A stretch of 64,000 bases of DNA from an uncultured Chloroflexia bacterium. Lineage in GTDB: Bacteria; Chloroflexota; Anaerolineae; CG2-30-64-16. Positions 22,760-35,551 of this stretch are shown piece after piece; the stretch's first letter is position 1, and each line of letters starts with the position of its first letter. Position numbers and translations under genes: made by a program. The notes beneath the pieces were generated by a model. That model was not told where the DNA came from, searched no databases, and saw only the letters and a program-made list of their open reading frames with translations. The stretch is from contig CAVZDU010000003.1 of NCBI GenBank assembly GCA_963774265.1, positions 32,001 through 96,000 of the forward strand. Reading direction: 5' to 3'.

Positions 22760-22886
22760 GTTATTGCCTCCTCAACTCCGCCGACAACTCCCGCACAATG
22801 CAGGTCATCACCCAGGATGCCTACCGGCTTTGCGATCATCCGCGCTAAGTCCCGTCGATGAGCACGATCTCGGGAACCGGCTCTCG

Positions 22887-23045
22887 CTAGATCACATGAA
22901 GCAAGGTCAAGATGATCAGAATCACAGCGATGACGAGCAGCGTATGGACGACGTTGCCCGTCCGTGGGATGCTGGAGCTGAGCCTCGGCCCGAAAAATCC
23001 AAGCAGCCATAGCACAATCAGGATCACGATGATGGTTGTAAGCAT
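22887..23045 (-). CDS. lmo0937/DUF5670-like small membrane protein
   Basis: MLTTIIVILIVLWLLGF...GNVVHTLLVIAVILII; AAGGAG SD. Confidence 0.8.
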   Translation of the reverse strand: MLTTIIVILIVLWLLGFFGPRLSSSIPRTGNVVHTLLVIAVILIILTLLHVI

Positions 23046-23073
23046 GAGAATTCTCCTTTGTTGCTATAGGTGT

Positions 23074-23395
23074 CTACCTGCTGTAGCGTGGGATGCGGTC
23101 GCGGTTGCGATAGCCGCCGCCGAAGTGCGAGCCAAGGTCGATCAGCAGACCGAGCCCCAGCCAGAGCCAGTCCTGGCCCACGACGCCCCCCGGAAAGACG
23201 ATCAAGATACGCCAAGGTTGTCCACGGCACGAAGATGGCGCCCACTAACGGCCAGACCCACTGCGGAAAGGCGAGATTGAGCGGATGCGGCCAGTTTTGG
23301 AAGGCGAGGTTGATGCGCGCCGAATCCATGAACCACCAGGCCAGAATGGCCAGCCGGGGACCGATCAGAAGCAGCGTGGTGACGAGACAGCACAT
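23074..23395 (-). CDS. Hypothetical membrane protein (frameshift)
   Basis: MCCLVTTLLLIGPRLAILAWW...LVGAIFVPWTTLAY. Confidence 0.6.
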
Positions 23396-23420
23396 GTTTT
23401 CCTCCTCTGCGTGTCACGCT

Positions 23421-23981
23421 TTACTTTATCCGCTGTTGAAGGCGCTCGATTTCGGCCAGCACATCTTCGGGCCTGGTCTCCATTTCAAGGTCGGCCAATT
23501 CGCTGTCCTCATCGTTTTCGATTCCCAATTTGTCTTGAATGGCATCGAGCATTTGCAGCACTCGGGTCAACTCATGTTCGGTCAGCAAACCGATGTGCAT
23601 ATCCAGGTCAGCGCGATGCTCGGCTTCTCGGCTCAAACGGTTCTGGCTGATGAGCACAAAGGTGGACAGGAAAATCGCTTCCAGTGACACGACCATCGTC
23701 AAGAGTCCGTACGGAAACGGGTCGAAAGGCGGCACTCCAAAACTTCCGGTATTCAGCAGAATCCAAACACCAAACCAGACGATATGCACATACACAAAGA
23801 TCATGCGCCCAGAAAACGAGGTGATGACATCGGCGATCCGGTCTTGCAAGCCGCGCTCACGTGCCGCCTTCAGGCGCAGGCGAATAATCGTCCGAATGTT
23901 CCGCTCGATGACGTTGCTCAGGGCCGGATTATCTTCGGCATTGTCTGCCGTTTCCATCTGGTTCAGAAGGCTTTGCTGCAT
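23421..23981 (-). CDS. DUF1003 domain protein
   Basis: FDPFPYGLLTMVVSLEAIFLSTFVLISQNR. Confidence 0.88.
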   Translation of the reverse strand: MQQSLLNQMETADNAEDNPALSNVIERNIRTIIRLRLKAARERGLQDRIADVITSFSGRMIFVYVHIVWFGVWILLNTGSFGVPPFDPFPYGLLTMVVSLEAIFLSTFVLISQNRLSREAEHRADLDMHIGLLTEHELTRVLQMLDAIQDKLGIENDEDSELADLEMETRPEDVLAEIERLQQRIK

Positions 23982-24068
23982 CAAACGGAAGTCCTCCGGA
24001 GACTATCTGATCCGCCGGTTGCTCTCTTCGATGACCGCTTCCTTACCAGGCTCATTTGTGTGTCATGC

Positions 24069-24337
24069 TTACAGCAGCCTGCGGCGACCGGTAACGGCCC
24101 GCAGGAGCGCGATCAGGATCACTGCGCCGAGGAAGGCCACCAGGATGCTGGTGACGTTGATGCCGTTCACGGCATTCGGGATTTTGAGCAGCGCCTGGGC
24201 GAGGAAGCCGCCCAACAGAGCTCCCACGACGCCCAGGACGAGGTCGCCGACCAAGCCGGAGCCGCGACCTTTCATCACCCTGCTGGCCAGGACCAACCAG
24301 CGACTAGCCCAACGACGATCCATGAGAGAAGACCCAT
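24069..24337 (-). CDS. GlsB/YeaQ/YmgE family stress membrane protein, copy 1 (frameshift)
   Basis: GSGLVGDLVLGVVGALLGGFL...SILVAFLGAVILI. Confidence 0.85.
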
Positions 24338-24411
24338 TATTCGCACCCTTCCTTCTTTTGAGACGGTTATCTCCGCCGATGACCTGGAAGATCGCTTTGC
24401 CTTCCATTCGC

Positions 24412-24510
24412 AGCATAGCAGAAGCGGTCGGCCCTGTCGTCAGCGCAAACGCTGGGCCTAACATAGCAAAAGGGCCGCTCCAGAGGGCGGCCCGGGTCGC
24501 TTTTGTTGTA
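24412..24510 (-). promoter_or_regulatory. Conserved upstream element, copy C
   Basis: Same box, hairpin and TATGCT layout. Confidence 0.8.
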
Positions 24511-24576
24511 TGATTTTTGATGTATTTGCTGCCTCTCAGTTCTCCTGCTGCTCGAATCGATTCCATCGATCCTGCT

Positions 24577-25349
24577 TCACAATGCATACCCATAGACGAT
24601 CCCGCCCAGCAGGCCCCAGGCGCTGCCCAGGATGGCCCCCGCCAGCACGTCCCGCGGGTAGTGCGCCCCCACGTACATGCGCGTGATGCCCACCAGCAGC
24701 GCGATGGCGTACAGCAGGCACACCGCCCAAACGCCAGCGTGGAAGTACCCGGCCAGCAGCGTCGCCATGAAAAAGGCCTGGCTGGTATGCCCGCTCGGGA
24801 ATGAACGCCCGCCGGCCCGCCGGCCGACGATACGCGCCTGGGACAGCCGGATGAAAGGCCGTCCCCGGTGCACCAGGGCTTTCACCAACTCGACCACCAA
24901 CCATAACGTCAAAGTGCCCAAGATGAGCTCGTAAGCCAGCAGATGATCCCCGGCGAAGAACAAGATCAAGGCAAGCGCCACGACTGACGATGCCGTTGCC
25001 GATCTGGGTGAAGCCCCACATCAGCCTATCCAGCCAGGGTGGGTGGCGCCCCCGCACGTTGAAGAACAGGAAAGTCCAGGTGTCCATACGCTGGCCGGTG
25101 GACCACAGCAGCGAGAGCGCCAGCAAGCTAAAGCCCAAGGTCATGCTTGCCAGGATGGCGCTGGGCCTGCAGGCCGTGCCAAAAGAACATCCGCACGTAG
25201 GAAGGCAGCCATGCCAGGAACAGGACCAGGCCGGCCGTGAGGCCCACCAGCCAGGCAAGCGGGCGATTGAGACTCACCCAAAGGGTCAGGCGCCCCCAGG
25301 CCCCGGGATTCTGATCTCCAGGCAAGCGCATTTCATCCGGCGGCTGCAT
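24577..25349 (-). CDS. PAP2 family phosphatase (frameshifts)
   Basis: KALVHRGRP, SFPSGH, TRMYVGAHYPRDV. Confidence 0.85.
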
Positions 25350-26350
25350 GCGTCTGTGCCTCAAGAATCTCGCCGGGGTCGGGCAGCGCCTCTGGCGCCG
25401 ACTTGCCGACCATCACTGCCAGGACGCGTCGCCGCACTTCGATCCGCACCCGCCCTTCTCCCAACGCGTTCCCATCCGCCATGATCGGCATGGCCGGCTG
25501 GGTGTCGATATCCACCCGGCGCACGTGGTAGTGCTGGATGCGTGGGTCTTCCGACTTACCTGTGCCCACCCCCTGGAAAACATAGCCCAGCAGGTCCAGC
25601 TTGGACAGGTCGGCAAAGAACAGCACATCCAACAAGCCGTCATTGAACGAGGCTGCGGAGCCAACCTTATAATGGAGGCCGATATAGGGCATGTTGGAGA
25701 CCAGCACCACGTGACCCAGAGCTGCGGACCTCCTGCTTGTCGTCCAGCACCAGGTGCATCTCGGCTGGCGGGGAACTGACCAGCGTTGCCAGGAAATCGC
25801 CGACCCGCGCCAGGTTGCCGTGTTGGACATCGTCGGCAGACGGGAAAAGCGTCGAAACCAGCCCCACCGAGCAAACTTCCAGGAAAGGTGTGTCATTCGC
25901 ACTCTCTGAGGTCTCGACAGGTGGCCATGCCAACGTCCACTTTGATGCGGCGGCCCGTGCGCAGGATGGCGATGGCGGCCGGGATATCCGCCGGGATGCC
26001 CAGGCTGAGGGCCGTGTTGTTTTGCGTGCCGATGGGGATGATCCCCAGGGTGGCGCGCGTGGAGTGCCGGCCAGGGTTCTGGCCACGGCAGAAATGGTGC
26101 CGTCACCGCCGCAGACCACGAACATGCGGATCCCCTGCGCGAGGGCATCCTGGACCACTCCTGGCAGGTCGCAGCCCGCTTCGACCAGGAAGGCTTCCGG
26201 CACGAGCTTCCAGGCCTGCATCTCGTGGATCACATCCACGATCTCGATGGGCGATCCTCTGGTTGCCCCTGCGCTGGGATTGAAGATCAGCTTGGCCCTC
26301 ATGTGGCGCTTGTTCGTGGAGCGAGGTTTCTTGTCAAGGATTTCTTTCAT
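25333..26350 (-). CDS. Diacylglycerol kinase family (YegS/BmrU-like) protein (frameshifts)
   Basis: LIFNPSAG, VCGGDGT, FNDGLLDV, MADG. Confidence 0.85.
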
Positions 26351-26356
26351 ACGGCT

Positions 26357-27584
26357 CTATCCTTTGGCCCCAATTTCCCCGGCCTCCTTCTTTTCGGAAG
26401 GTTCAGCCGGCAGAGCCGCTTGCAGAATGGGTTCGGCTTTCACAATCAGTTGGGTAAGCCGCTCCATGCTGCTGGTCACCAAGGGCAGAGGCGGTTCATC
26501 CATTGCCTCTATGGTAGCCCACACGCGTGCTTGCCGCTCCTTCAGGTCTGAAACCTGAGCCGCAGCCCCTGAAACAGCGCGGTGGCTGACCAGGCGGCTC
26601 CACAGGATTTGGCATACAACCGATAAAGGTGGCGCGACGATGATGCCGACCAGGCCAAAAGCGTCTGCCATGGCAATGAGCAAGACTACGGTCAGAATCG
26701 GATTATCCCATCCGCGGTTGAAAAGCCGTGGCTTGACCCATACGCTGCAGGGCAATCAAGACGACAAGCGTATAGAGCACCGTAAACAGGCTAAGCTGCA
26801 CACTGGTCAGCAGCCCCACCAAGAGTGGCGGAATGACCGCCAGGACCGCCCCAACCACGGGTATCAGGCATGCCAAGGCGCCAGCCAGCGCCAAGAGCGC
26901 TGGGTAGGGGGACCCGAGCAGCCAGTAACCAAGGCCTAATAGCAGTCCGGCCAGGAGACTTTGGATAACCTGGCTGCGTATGTAAGCGCCGATGTCAGGC
27001 TCGATTGTGCGCCAAATACCACGCGCCTGTTTGCGCTGGCCGGATGGAAGCAGCGAGAGCCAGAGTCGTTCAAAATGAATTTGATTGATGCTCCAATAGA
27101 TGCTCAAGAACAGAATGACGACTACGCCGCTCACGACGCCGCCAATGCTCTGCGTGAAGCCAAGTATGGCCGGCAGCACGAGCTGCCCCTGGCTGCCGGT
27201 AACTGCTTCGAAGAGCTTACTCGGCGGCGGCAGCCGCGCAACCAGCGCCTGTTGGAACGAGCTGCCCTCCAACCATATCGGCAGCCTCCACGCGTCCTGC
27301 ACCGACACAGTATGCGCCAACTGTTGAATCTCATTGATCGCGGTTTCACCGGTTAGGAAGAGCAAGAAGCCGAAACTGCCCAGGACCACCAGGTACAGTA
27401 GAATCCAAGCCACGCGCACCACGACGCCTCGTCCGACCAGGCGGTAAACCAATGGGCGCAGCGCTGCCGCAAGCGTTAGCGAGATCAACACGTAAACGAC
27501 GACAATATGGAACTGCCACAGCACTACCAGCGCCAGCAACGTGGTCATCACCGCCGTACCGAACCCTAGCAGTTGCTTCGTCAT
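26357..27584 (-). CDS. AI-2E family transporter (frameshift)
   Basis: YIRSQVI, LIPVVGAVLA, FGLVGIIVAPPL. Confidence 0.82.
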
Positions 27585-28857
27585 GGTGCACCTGAAGTAG
27601 GGACCTGTGCCAGCAGAGCATCGAGGTCGGTTGCGATGGTCTCAATCTCATCCATCACCTGATCGATCTGCTTGACCCTCAGGTCCGAGCCCCCTTTCTT
27701 GAGCCGCGCCTGCTTGCGCAGGTCTTGGGCCAGGTCCTGCGCTTCATAGCGCAGCCGGCTGGCATAATCGCGGCCGGGCGAGACCTCCGGCTCCAGCGCT
27801 GCTGGATGAAAGACGAAGCGATCGAGTAAGAGCTGAATAATGGCTGCTATGGGAATTGCCATGAGCGCGCCGGCAATGCCGAACAAAGAGCTAAAGGCAA
27901 AAATCGCCAGCAGGGAGACGAACGGATTGACCCCCACCGACCTTGCGCATGACGCGCGGCACCAGGATATTGTTTTCCAGCTGCTGAATAACGAGCGTGG
28001 CGACGATCACCCAGACCAACTTGGAAGGCGCTATGGAAAAGGCAATTACCGCCGCAGGAATGGCGCCAAGCAGCGGCCCAATCATCGGTACGGCCTCCAA
28101 CACGCCCGCCACGAGCGCCAGCACCAGGACATTGGGCAAGCCGATGAGCAGATAGGCAACCAGCGCCATGATGCCGATAGCCAGGCAAAGGACGCCTTGT
28201 CCGGCAATGTAGAAACTAACCTTGGTTTCCATGGCCGAAATCAGTTCGCTAATACTCTCGCGCTGGCCCTTTGGAACCAGCAGCAACCATGACTGAATGG
28301 TTCGCGGCCCATCGAGCGTCCAGTGAAAGGCCAATAGCAGAATAGCCGTGGCCATAAAGATGACCTTTGCCGCCGATGCCAGGTAACCCACCGCTTGCCC
28401 TGCAAAAACCAGCATCTGCTGTCCCGTTTGCTGGATCGGCTCCAGACTTGGCAGTCGTCGCTGGGAGGAACTCACTTAAGCGCACAATCAATTGATTGGG
28501 ATTATCAACCATCCACTCACGCACGCTTTGGTAGTAACCCGGCACTGCAGCAGCAATCGTTGTACCTTGCTCGACAAGCAACGGGAACAACAATAGCACG
28601 AAGCCGATGAGCAGGGCGAGCAGGAGCAGGTAGACAAGAATGCCCCCCGCCATCCGGGGGAGGCCTCGCCGGTGCAACCAGGTTACGACTGGCCTGATCA
28701 CCGTGCCCATCACGATGGCGATGAACAAGATGAAAACGACCTGGTAAAACCGATAGAGAAGCCAGAAACCAAGCGCGACAAGAGCGAGAACAAGAGTCGC
28801 CCACATGACGCGCCGAAATGTCCATAGATACGGTGGTGAGGGTGGACGCAGTGCCAT
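27581..28857 (-). CDS. AI-2E family transporter (frameshifts)
   Basis: VPMIGPLLGAIP, QQLENNILVPRVM, FGIAGALMAIP. Confidence 0.85.
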
Positions 28858-28997
28858 GTTTTCCTTACTCTTTGTGAACGTTTGAGTTACCCATGGCCAT
28901 CCGTGGGCGCATGGCCATGGGTGCTTGATACCCACCAGCCGGTACAAAATAGCGCCAGGTTGGATGCGGACGGTTTCTACCTGGCCGTCTGGACTTG

Positions 28998-31601
28998 TTA
29001 GGTAATCGCATTTTCCATCCGCGAGTAGAAATACTTCTTGGCTATTTCAGTGACCAAGACGTAAAGCGCCGTTAGCCCGATCATCATCAGCATGAGCGGC
29101 GCAGGCAGCGGGATGAAGCCAAATAGGAAGTTGAAGGGAACATACGGCAGCACGAGGGTGACGCCGACAACGATCAGCGTGCTCACCAGCAGAAGTTTGC
29201 CCGGCCGGCTGCGGAAGAAGACGCCGCGCGTTCTCACGACCAGTGCGATCACCAATTCTGTTAACAGCGACTCGATGAACCAGCCGGTGCGAAATTCCTC
29301 CGGCGAAGCGCGGAAAAGAAATAACAGCACCCCGAAGGTCAGGAAGTCGAAGATCGAACTGACCAGGCCGAAGAGCACCATGTAGTCACGGATGAAGATG
29401 GTGTTCCAGCGGCGCGGCTTCGCCACCCATTCCGGGTCCACATTGTCACTGGCGATGGTGGTGGCAGGAATGTCAGACAGGAAGTTGTTGAGCAGGATTT
29501 GTGGCGCGAGCAAGGGCAGAAATGGCAGGAACAGCGAAGCCCCGGCCATGCTGAACATGTTGCCGAAGTTGGCGCTGATGGTCGTCAGAATGTACTTGAG
29601 CGTGTTGGCGAACGTCACGCGGCCAACGTCAATCCCCTCCCGCAGAATATCCAAATCCTGCTTGAGCAGCACAAAGTCGGCGGCGTCTTTGGCCACATCC
29701 ACGGCCGTATCCACCGAGATGCCCACATCGGCAGCGTGCAGGGCTGGCGCATCGTTGATGCCATCGCCCATATAACCGACCACGTGTCTGGTCTTTCGCA
29801 AGGCCAGGATGATGCGCTCTTTCTGGTTGGGGTCCACTTCGGCGAAGATGTTCGTACGTTCGGCGGCATGCCAGAGGGCCTCGTCGGGCATGTCGTTCAG
29901 TGCTCTGCCAGTCAGCAACCCGATGATGGGCAGATGCACAGCCTCTGCGACGTGCCGGGCTACTTTCTCGTTATCGCCGGTGATGATCTTGAGTTGTACG
30001 CCACGCTTGCGCCAGATCGACGATCGCTTGCTGCACATCCGCCTTCGGCGGATCGAAGAAAAGCAGGAAGCCGACGAAGATCAGTTCCGTTTCATCGGCG
30101 CGCGAATAGGATGTCGGCTTGCCCTACCAGATTCTTGATTGCCACACCCAGCACGCGGAAGCCCTTTTCGCTCCAGTCGCTGTAGTGTTGCTCAATCCCG
30201 GCCCGGCTCGTGGCATCCAGTGGGCTGGCTCTTATCCCCAGCTTGCACATCGCTGCAGATCTTCAGAATGTTATCCAGCGCACCTTTGGTGATGAGGGTA
30301 CGCTCGCCTTGGGCATTGGCCGTGACCACACTCAGGCATTTGCGTACGAAGTCATACGGGATTTCATCTATCTTTTGCTCGGACGCCGATCTTTAGCCCG
30401 GCTTTTTGGGCATAAGCACTGGATGGCATCGTCCAATGGATTATTCATCCCGGTCTGATACTGGGCGTTGAGATAGGTGTAACTTAGAACGGTGGTGGAT
30501 GGCTGTCCTTCAGGATCGAGCGCGCCATCCAGCCGGACAACGCCTTCGGTCAGGGTGCCGGTCTTGTCGGTGCACAGCACGTCCATGCTGCCGAAGTTCT
30601 CAATCGCGTTCAGCCGGCGCACGATCACACCGCGTTTTGCCATCTGTTGTGCGCCGTGGGCCAGGGTGATGCTGATAATGGCGGGCAGGAGTTCGGGCGC
30701 CAGGCCAACTGCCAGCGCAAGCGCAAAGAGCAGCGAGTCGATGGGCGGCTTGGCGAGGAAGATGTTGATCGCCAGCACAATCGACGACCATCACCAGCAT
30801 GACCTGTGTCAGCAGGTAGCCAAAATTTTGGACGCCGCGTTCAAACTCGGTCTGAGCCGGGCGTAGGCTGAGCCGTTCGGCAATCTGACCAAACACGGTG
30901 GATTTGCCGGTCTGGACGATCAATACATGCGCCGTGCCGCTGCGCACGCTGGTACCCATAAAGACACAGTTGGTGCGTTCTGCCAAACTGGCTTTGGCCG
31001 GGACAATCCCGGGTGTTTTCTCCACCGGGAAAGTTTCGCCGGTCAGCACCGCCTGGTTCACAAAGAAGTCATTGGTCTCCAGCACGAATCCCATCGGCCG
31101 GGATCAGGCTGCCCGCTGAGAGCAGAACCACGTCGCCGGGCACCACTTGCTCGGAGGGCACCATCTGCGGTTTACCGCCGCGCAATACGTTTGATTTGAT
31201 GGTCACTTGCGAGCGCAGTTTTTCAACGGCGTTGCTGGCCCGATATTCCTGCACAAAACCGAGCATCGTGCTGCCGATCACCACTGCCAGCACGATGACG
31301 GCATCGGTCCATTCGCCCACAAAGGCGGAGACAATGGCGGCGAAGATCAAGATCAGAACGAGCGGGCTCTTAAATTGGCGCAACAGCAGCCCAACGCCGT
31401 GGTCTGTCCTTGTGTCCTAAGCGCGTTTAGCCCGTATTGTTTGATGCGGCTCTCAGCGTCGGTCTGTTGGATGCCGTTCTCGGTGGTGTGCAGTGCAGCA
31501 ATGAGTTGGTCGCTGGCGAGGCTCCAATAGGCATCCAGAATTTCGAGCCCTTTAGGTTGTTGCGCCTGAGATTTGCTGGGAAAGAGGCTGAATCGTTTCA
31601 T
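28998..31601 (-). CDS. mgtA: Mg2+-translocating P-type ATPase (several frameshifts)
   Basis: LTGETFPVEK, PELLPAI, CTDKTGTLT, MGDGINDAPAL, SANFGNMFS, FRTGWFIES. Confidence 0.85.
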
Positions 31602-31832
31602 CTGATTTGCCTTTGTTTAACATCAATTTCCGACTGCGTCGACTTTCTTGAAATCAACGCATCCACGCCCTCGAACTCGCGCACCACACTTCCTTCTTGT
31701 CATAGGCTGCCTGACCGTCGCGCAATCCTCCAGATTTGTGAAATGGCGAATCGCAGAAGCAGAATGAAACTGCGACCACCAACGGCGGAAAAGCCCCACC
31801 GCGAAAGTACAGTTGCAGTACCGTGGCGTCGG

Positions 31833-32698
31833 TCAGAACGTCCCGCAGGCGGCCAGATCCCCCGTCTGCAGACCGGCCTTCAGCGCCTGCTGCCGCTGCT
31901 CGGACGATCCATGGGTCCACGACTCGGGCGACACGTAGCCCTGCGTCTCGCGCTGGATGCGGTCGTCGCCCACGGCAGCCGCGGCGTCCAGGCTCTGGGC
32001 GATCTCCGCATCCGTCAACTGCGTCAGGTAGCCGGTTTCAGTGGCGTGATACGCCCAGACGCCGGCCAGGCAGTCGGCCTGGAGTTCAGTCTGAACTGAC
32101 GTGCTCTGCGGCCCCGAGGCGCCCGTGCCACCCGTCTGGTCCAGCGCACCGGTGAGATTCTGTACGTGATGACCGTACTCGTGAGCGAGAACGTAAGCCT
32201 CGGCGAACGGGCCGCCCTGCGCGCCAAAGCGCGTGTGCAATTCGTCGAAGAACCCGAGGTCCAGATAGACCATCTGGTCGCTCGGACAGTAGAAAGGCCC
32301 TGCCGCAGCGGTAGCGTATCCACAGGCGGCCTGCGTTGACCCCGTGAAGAGCTGGGTCTTGGCTGGGATGTACTGGCCCCCCTGGCGAGCAAATTCGTCG
32401 GTCCAGAACGCCTGGATGCTGTTGACGAAGCCTACGACGCGGCAATCCTGACGAGTATTCGCGTCCGCGCCCGTCTGGCACGCCTCCGCCAGGTTGTTGA
32501 TTCCGCTGGCGGCCTCAGTCGATGCCGGTAAAACTTGCCCAACCACATTCGTCAGGTCCGTAGGGTTCACGCCCAGCAGAAGCGCCACTACCAAGACCAC
32601 CAGACCGAGTCCACCGCCACCGAGTGCCACCGCGCCCCCCAGCCCCCGCCGGTCCTGAACCTGGGAAGGGTCCAGGCGGGTCTATTGTTGAACGGCAT
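31833..32698 (-). CDS. Neutral zinc metallopeptidase (YpfJ-like)
   Basis: [35 protein letters not shown]. Confidence 0.9.
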
Positions 32699-32739
32699 TG
32701 GTCCGTCCTCCTTCCCTCTGAGCAGTCTCTCTCACTCTA

Positions 32740-32840
32740 ATCATAGTCGAAGGGGAGCGGTCTTGTCGTCAGCGCAAAAGCTGGGACTAACGTCGCAAAA
32801 GAGCCGCCCCCAAGGGCGGCCCACCGCGACTTTTGTTATA
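32740..32840 (-). promoter_or_regulatory. Conserved upstream element, copy D
   Basis: GTCGTCAGCGCAAAAGCT box, hairpin, TATGAT. Confidence 0.78.
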
Positions 32841-32949
32841 CGATGTTGGGTGTAGGTATGGTGGACGCCGAAATTTGGACACAAAACGCGCCGCCGATCA
32901 CGCGCAGTGTATCAGCGCTTTGTACGCTGAGAGTGAAGCGCTAGATCAG

Positions 32950-33639
32950 TTATTTTTTATCTGTCGGCTTACCAAATACCAAAGCTTTCTCAACTGGATG
33001 GACATCCTTGGCAATCTCGACGATTATCGTCGGGGGTTGTGTAGTGATAGGCACAGGACTCAAATGCTGTATATCATTTACCGCCAAAAGCTCCGCCTGA
33101 TTGCCTTCCACTCTGAATCGGGTCAGAGAACAATTGCTGACGGTCGAACGCCACCACCGCCAGCGTTTTTCGGGTAGATACCAGGACAATGTCGCCGAGA
33201 CCACGCCGGCATGAGCGACCACAGCGACGCGTTGATTGGGATGCCTGGCCACGATGTCTAGTAACACCGCTGAAACGCGACCCTCGATGGGCCATCGAAT
33301 CGGTATACCTGCACGAGCATCCAGATAATCTTCTACAGGATCCGTGATCGAAAGGATTTCCAAAATCACAAACGCAGGCAGCTCGAGCCACCGCACTTCC
33401 TGCAGGCCAATTCGAAACTCCGCAGCTCGCCCGATTTTTTCACCGATGATGTGTGCAGTCTCCTTGGTGCGGCGCAGTGGGCTGGAGTAGAAACCGTCGA
33501 TATGGTTTTGGGGAGCATTGAAGTACTCACCCGTCTGGGCAGCTTGTTCCTGCCCTACTTGTGTGAGCGGTGCATGATAGTAGTCTCCGTTTACACGCAC
33601 TGCATTGCCGTGTCGGATGAGAATGAGTTCTGTCGCCAT
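32950..33639 (-). CDS. Histidine phosphatase family protein
   Basis: LIRHG, SSPLRRT, VAHAG. Confidence 0.88.
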   Translation of the reverse strand: MATELILIRHGNAVRVNGDYYHAPLTQVGQEQAAQTGEYFNAPQNHIDGFYSSPLRRTKETAHIIGEKIGRAAEFRIGLQEVRWLELPAFVILEILSITDPVEDYLDARAGIPIRWPIEGRVSAVLLDIVARHPNQRVAVVAHAGVVSATLSWYLPEKRWRWWRSTVSNCSLTRFRVEGNQAELLAVNDIQHLSPVPITTQPPTIIVEIAKDVHPVEKALVFGKPTDKK

Positions 33640-33689
33640 GAGCGGGTCCTCCCGAATGCGCGGGCGATAGTGCTCCGGTTCACTGGTGG

Positions 33690-34678
33690 CTACTTGGAAA
33701 CCGGAGAAACAGGTTCGGGTAGTTCCCTGGTAGACTCTTCTGGCGGTTTTTCCGTGCCGGGGCCTGGCTCAGGGGCAAGCACCCGCAAAGCACCCGGGAG
33801 GACCTTTATCTTGGCCGCGCCCTTTCCCAGAATAATGCCTTCCGCCGCAATATCTAACTTAGGTGATGTTTTCACCGTTATTTTTCTCGCCCGGTAGCGT
33901 TGGATACGCCCATCCGGAGTTACACGCTCATGTGCTGACTTTACGAAATAGCTAAGTAACGCCGCCTTACTAAGACCCGGGTAAACAGCAACATCCAGGA
34001 GTCCATCGTCCATGGAGGCATCTGGGGCGACCAGGTTCTTTGCTCCAATGATCGGCGTGTTGGCAATTGTTACCAACATGGTTTCAACTTCGATCTTGCT
34101 TTCACCATCCAGAGTCAGATAAACCTTTGGATGTGTTTTATATTTCAAAACCGTCATCACCGCATCCTTAATCCCTTGCCACTTGCCTTCGGGAACCTCA
34201 CTAATTTCGGGATAAAGGGTGGCTGTCAGGCCGATGGCCGTCACCATAAAGAAATGGAATTTCTTTCTCTTCCTGGTGCTGATCAGACCTAAATCTAGTT
34301 TGCGAGTGTGGCCAGAAGCAATCAACGCACATGCTTCTTTTAATGATCTTCAGGAATCCCCAGGCTTCTGGCGATATCATTTTCGGTCCCGGCTGCGATA
34401 ATACCAAGGGCCACCTTTGAGCCCGCAACGCCGCGAATAACCGCCCCAATCGTGCCATCCCCGCCCATGGCGATCACAACATCATAGCCATCTTTAACGG
34501 CTCTTCTCGCAATTGGGATGGCTTCTTTTTTGGGCCTTGCCAGAGCTACGTCAACCTTCAGTCCGTAATCTAATAGATGGTGTGTAACTTGCTCGAGTCG
34601 TGACGCCGCTGTTAATACATCCCCTGCACCAGGGTTGGCGATAAGTTTCACCCGGATGGGTCTCGGCTTCTTTGGCAT
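33690..34678 (-). CDS. Second diacylglycerol kinase family protein (frameshift)
   Basis: IANPGAG, GGDGT, GTENDIARSLGI, DDGLLDV. Confidence 0.85.
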
Positions 34679-34739
34679 GTCATCTTTTTCCTTCAATAAC
34701 CAGTTTCTGCATGGCGCGATGCGAGATTGCCGATACTTC

Positions 34740-35510
34740 TCAGGTCTTCTGAGGCCCAGCCGCCGCTGCTACGGGTTGGTGGACGAAGAAGCGTGTCTTG
34801 CCCCAGATGTAAACTTGCACAAGTACTGCCAGTATCAGGCTGCCCAGCAAGTACGCGCCCAACACGTCACTTGCCCAGTGTTGGCCCAGATAGATGCGTG
34901 AGGCGCCAATCAAGATGATCGGGCCGCTAAGAAACACCAGCAGAACAGTGCGTTTTGGAGATGGTTTCAGCAAGGTAAAAGCGAGGAACCCAATGAACCC
35001 CAGAAAGCCTACATAGAATACGACATGCCCGCTCGGGAAACTGTAGCCGAGGATCGCAATCACATAAGCCGAAGCTGTCGCTGGACGCGGACGCCGGATC
35101 AAATCCTTCACCAACAAGTCCACGGCCGTAGAAGAGACTGCTGCGACGAGCGCCATTACCGCTTCCCAATGCAGGCTGAAGCCATAAATCAATAAAATGA
35201 CCAGCCCTGTGATGATCGTGGATTGTGGCCAAACACCCGGCCAGCTCACCACATTCATTAACACCGAAAAGGGGGGAAAATGGATCAATTGGATAGTTTT
35301 CGCGATTTGAAGATCGACCGAAAAAGAAGAAATGGTTTTGACCAGAAAGGTCACCAGAATAAAAGCAATCGCGGTTAGGACCAGCGTCCACCGGAATAGT
35401 CGGGCTCGATAACGTCGCACAGGTGCCGGTTCGCTCTCGGCACGTGTGGCCTGGTGGGCCGTATCTTTAATCTTTTCGATAGGTGGTTGTTCGCTTTTTT
35501 GTGTTGACAT
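34740..35510 (-). CDS. Second PAP2 family phosphatase
   Basis: KDLIRRPRP, SFPSGH, SRIYLGQHWASDV. Confidence 0.88.
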   Translation of the reverse strand: MSTQKSEQPPIEKIKDTAHQATRAESEPAPVRRYRARLFRWTLVLTAIAFILVTFLVKTISSFSVDLQIAKTIQLIHFPPFSVLMNVVSWPGVWPQSTIITGLVILLIYGFSLHWEAVMALVAAVSSTAVDLLVKDLIRRPRPATASAYVIAILGYSFPSGHVVFYVGFLGFIGFLAFTLLKPSPKRTVLLVFLSGPIILIGASRIYLGQHWASDVLGAYLLGSLILAVLVQVYIWGKTRFFVHQPVAAAAGPQKT

Positions 35511-35551
35511 TCTGAACTCATTTCCTTGAGCGGAAGCCCATCCCAATGAGA

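Noticed and set aside
31602-31832. M-box or yybP riboswitch upstream of mgtA
   Set aside because: No recognisable conserved core or terminator
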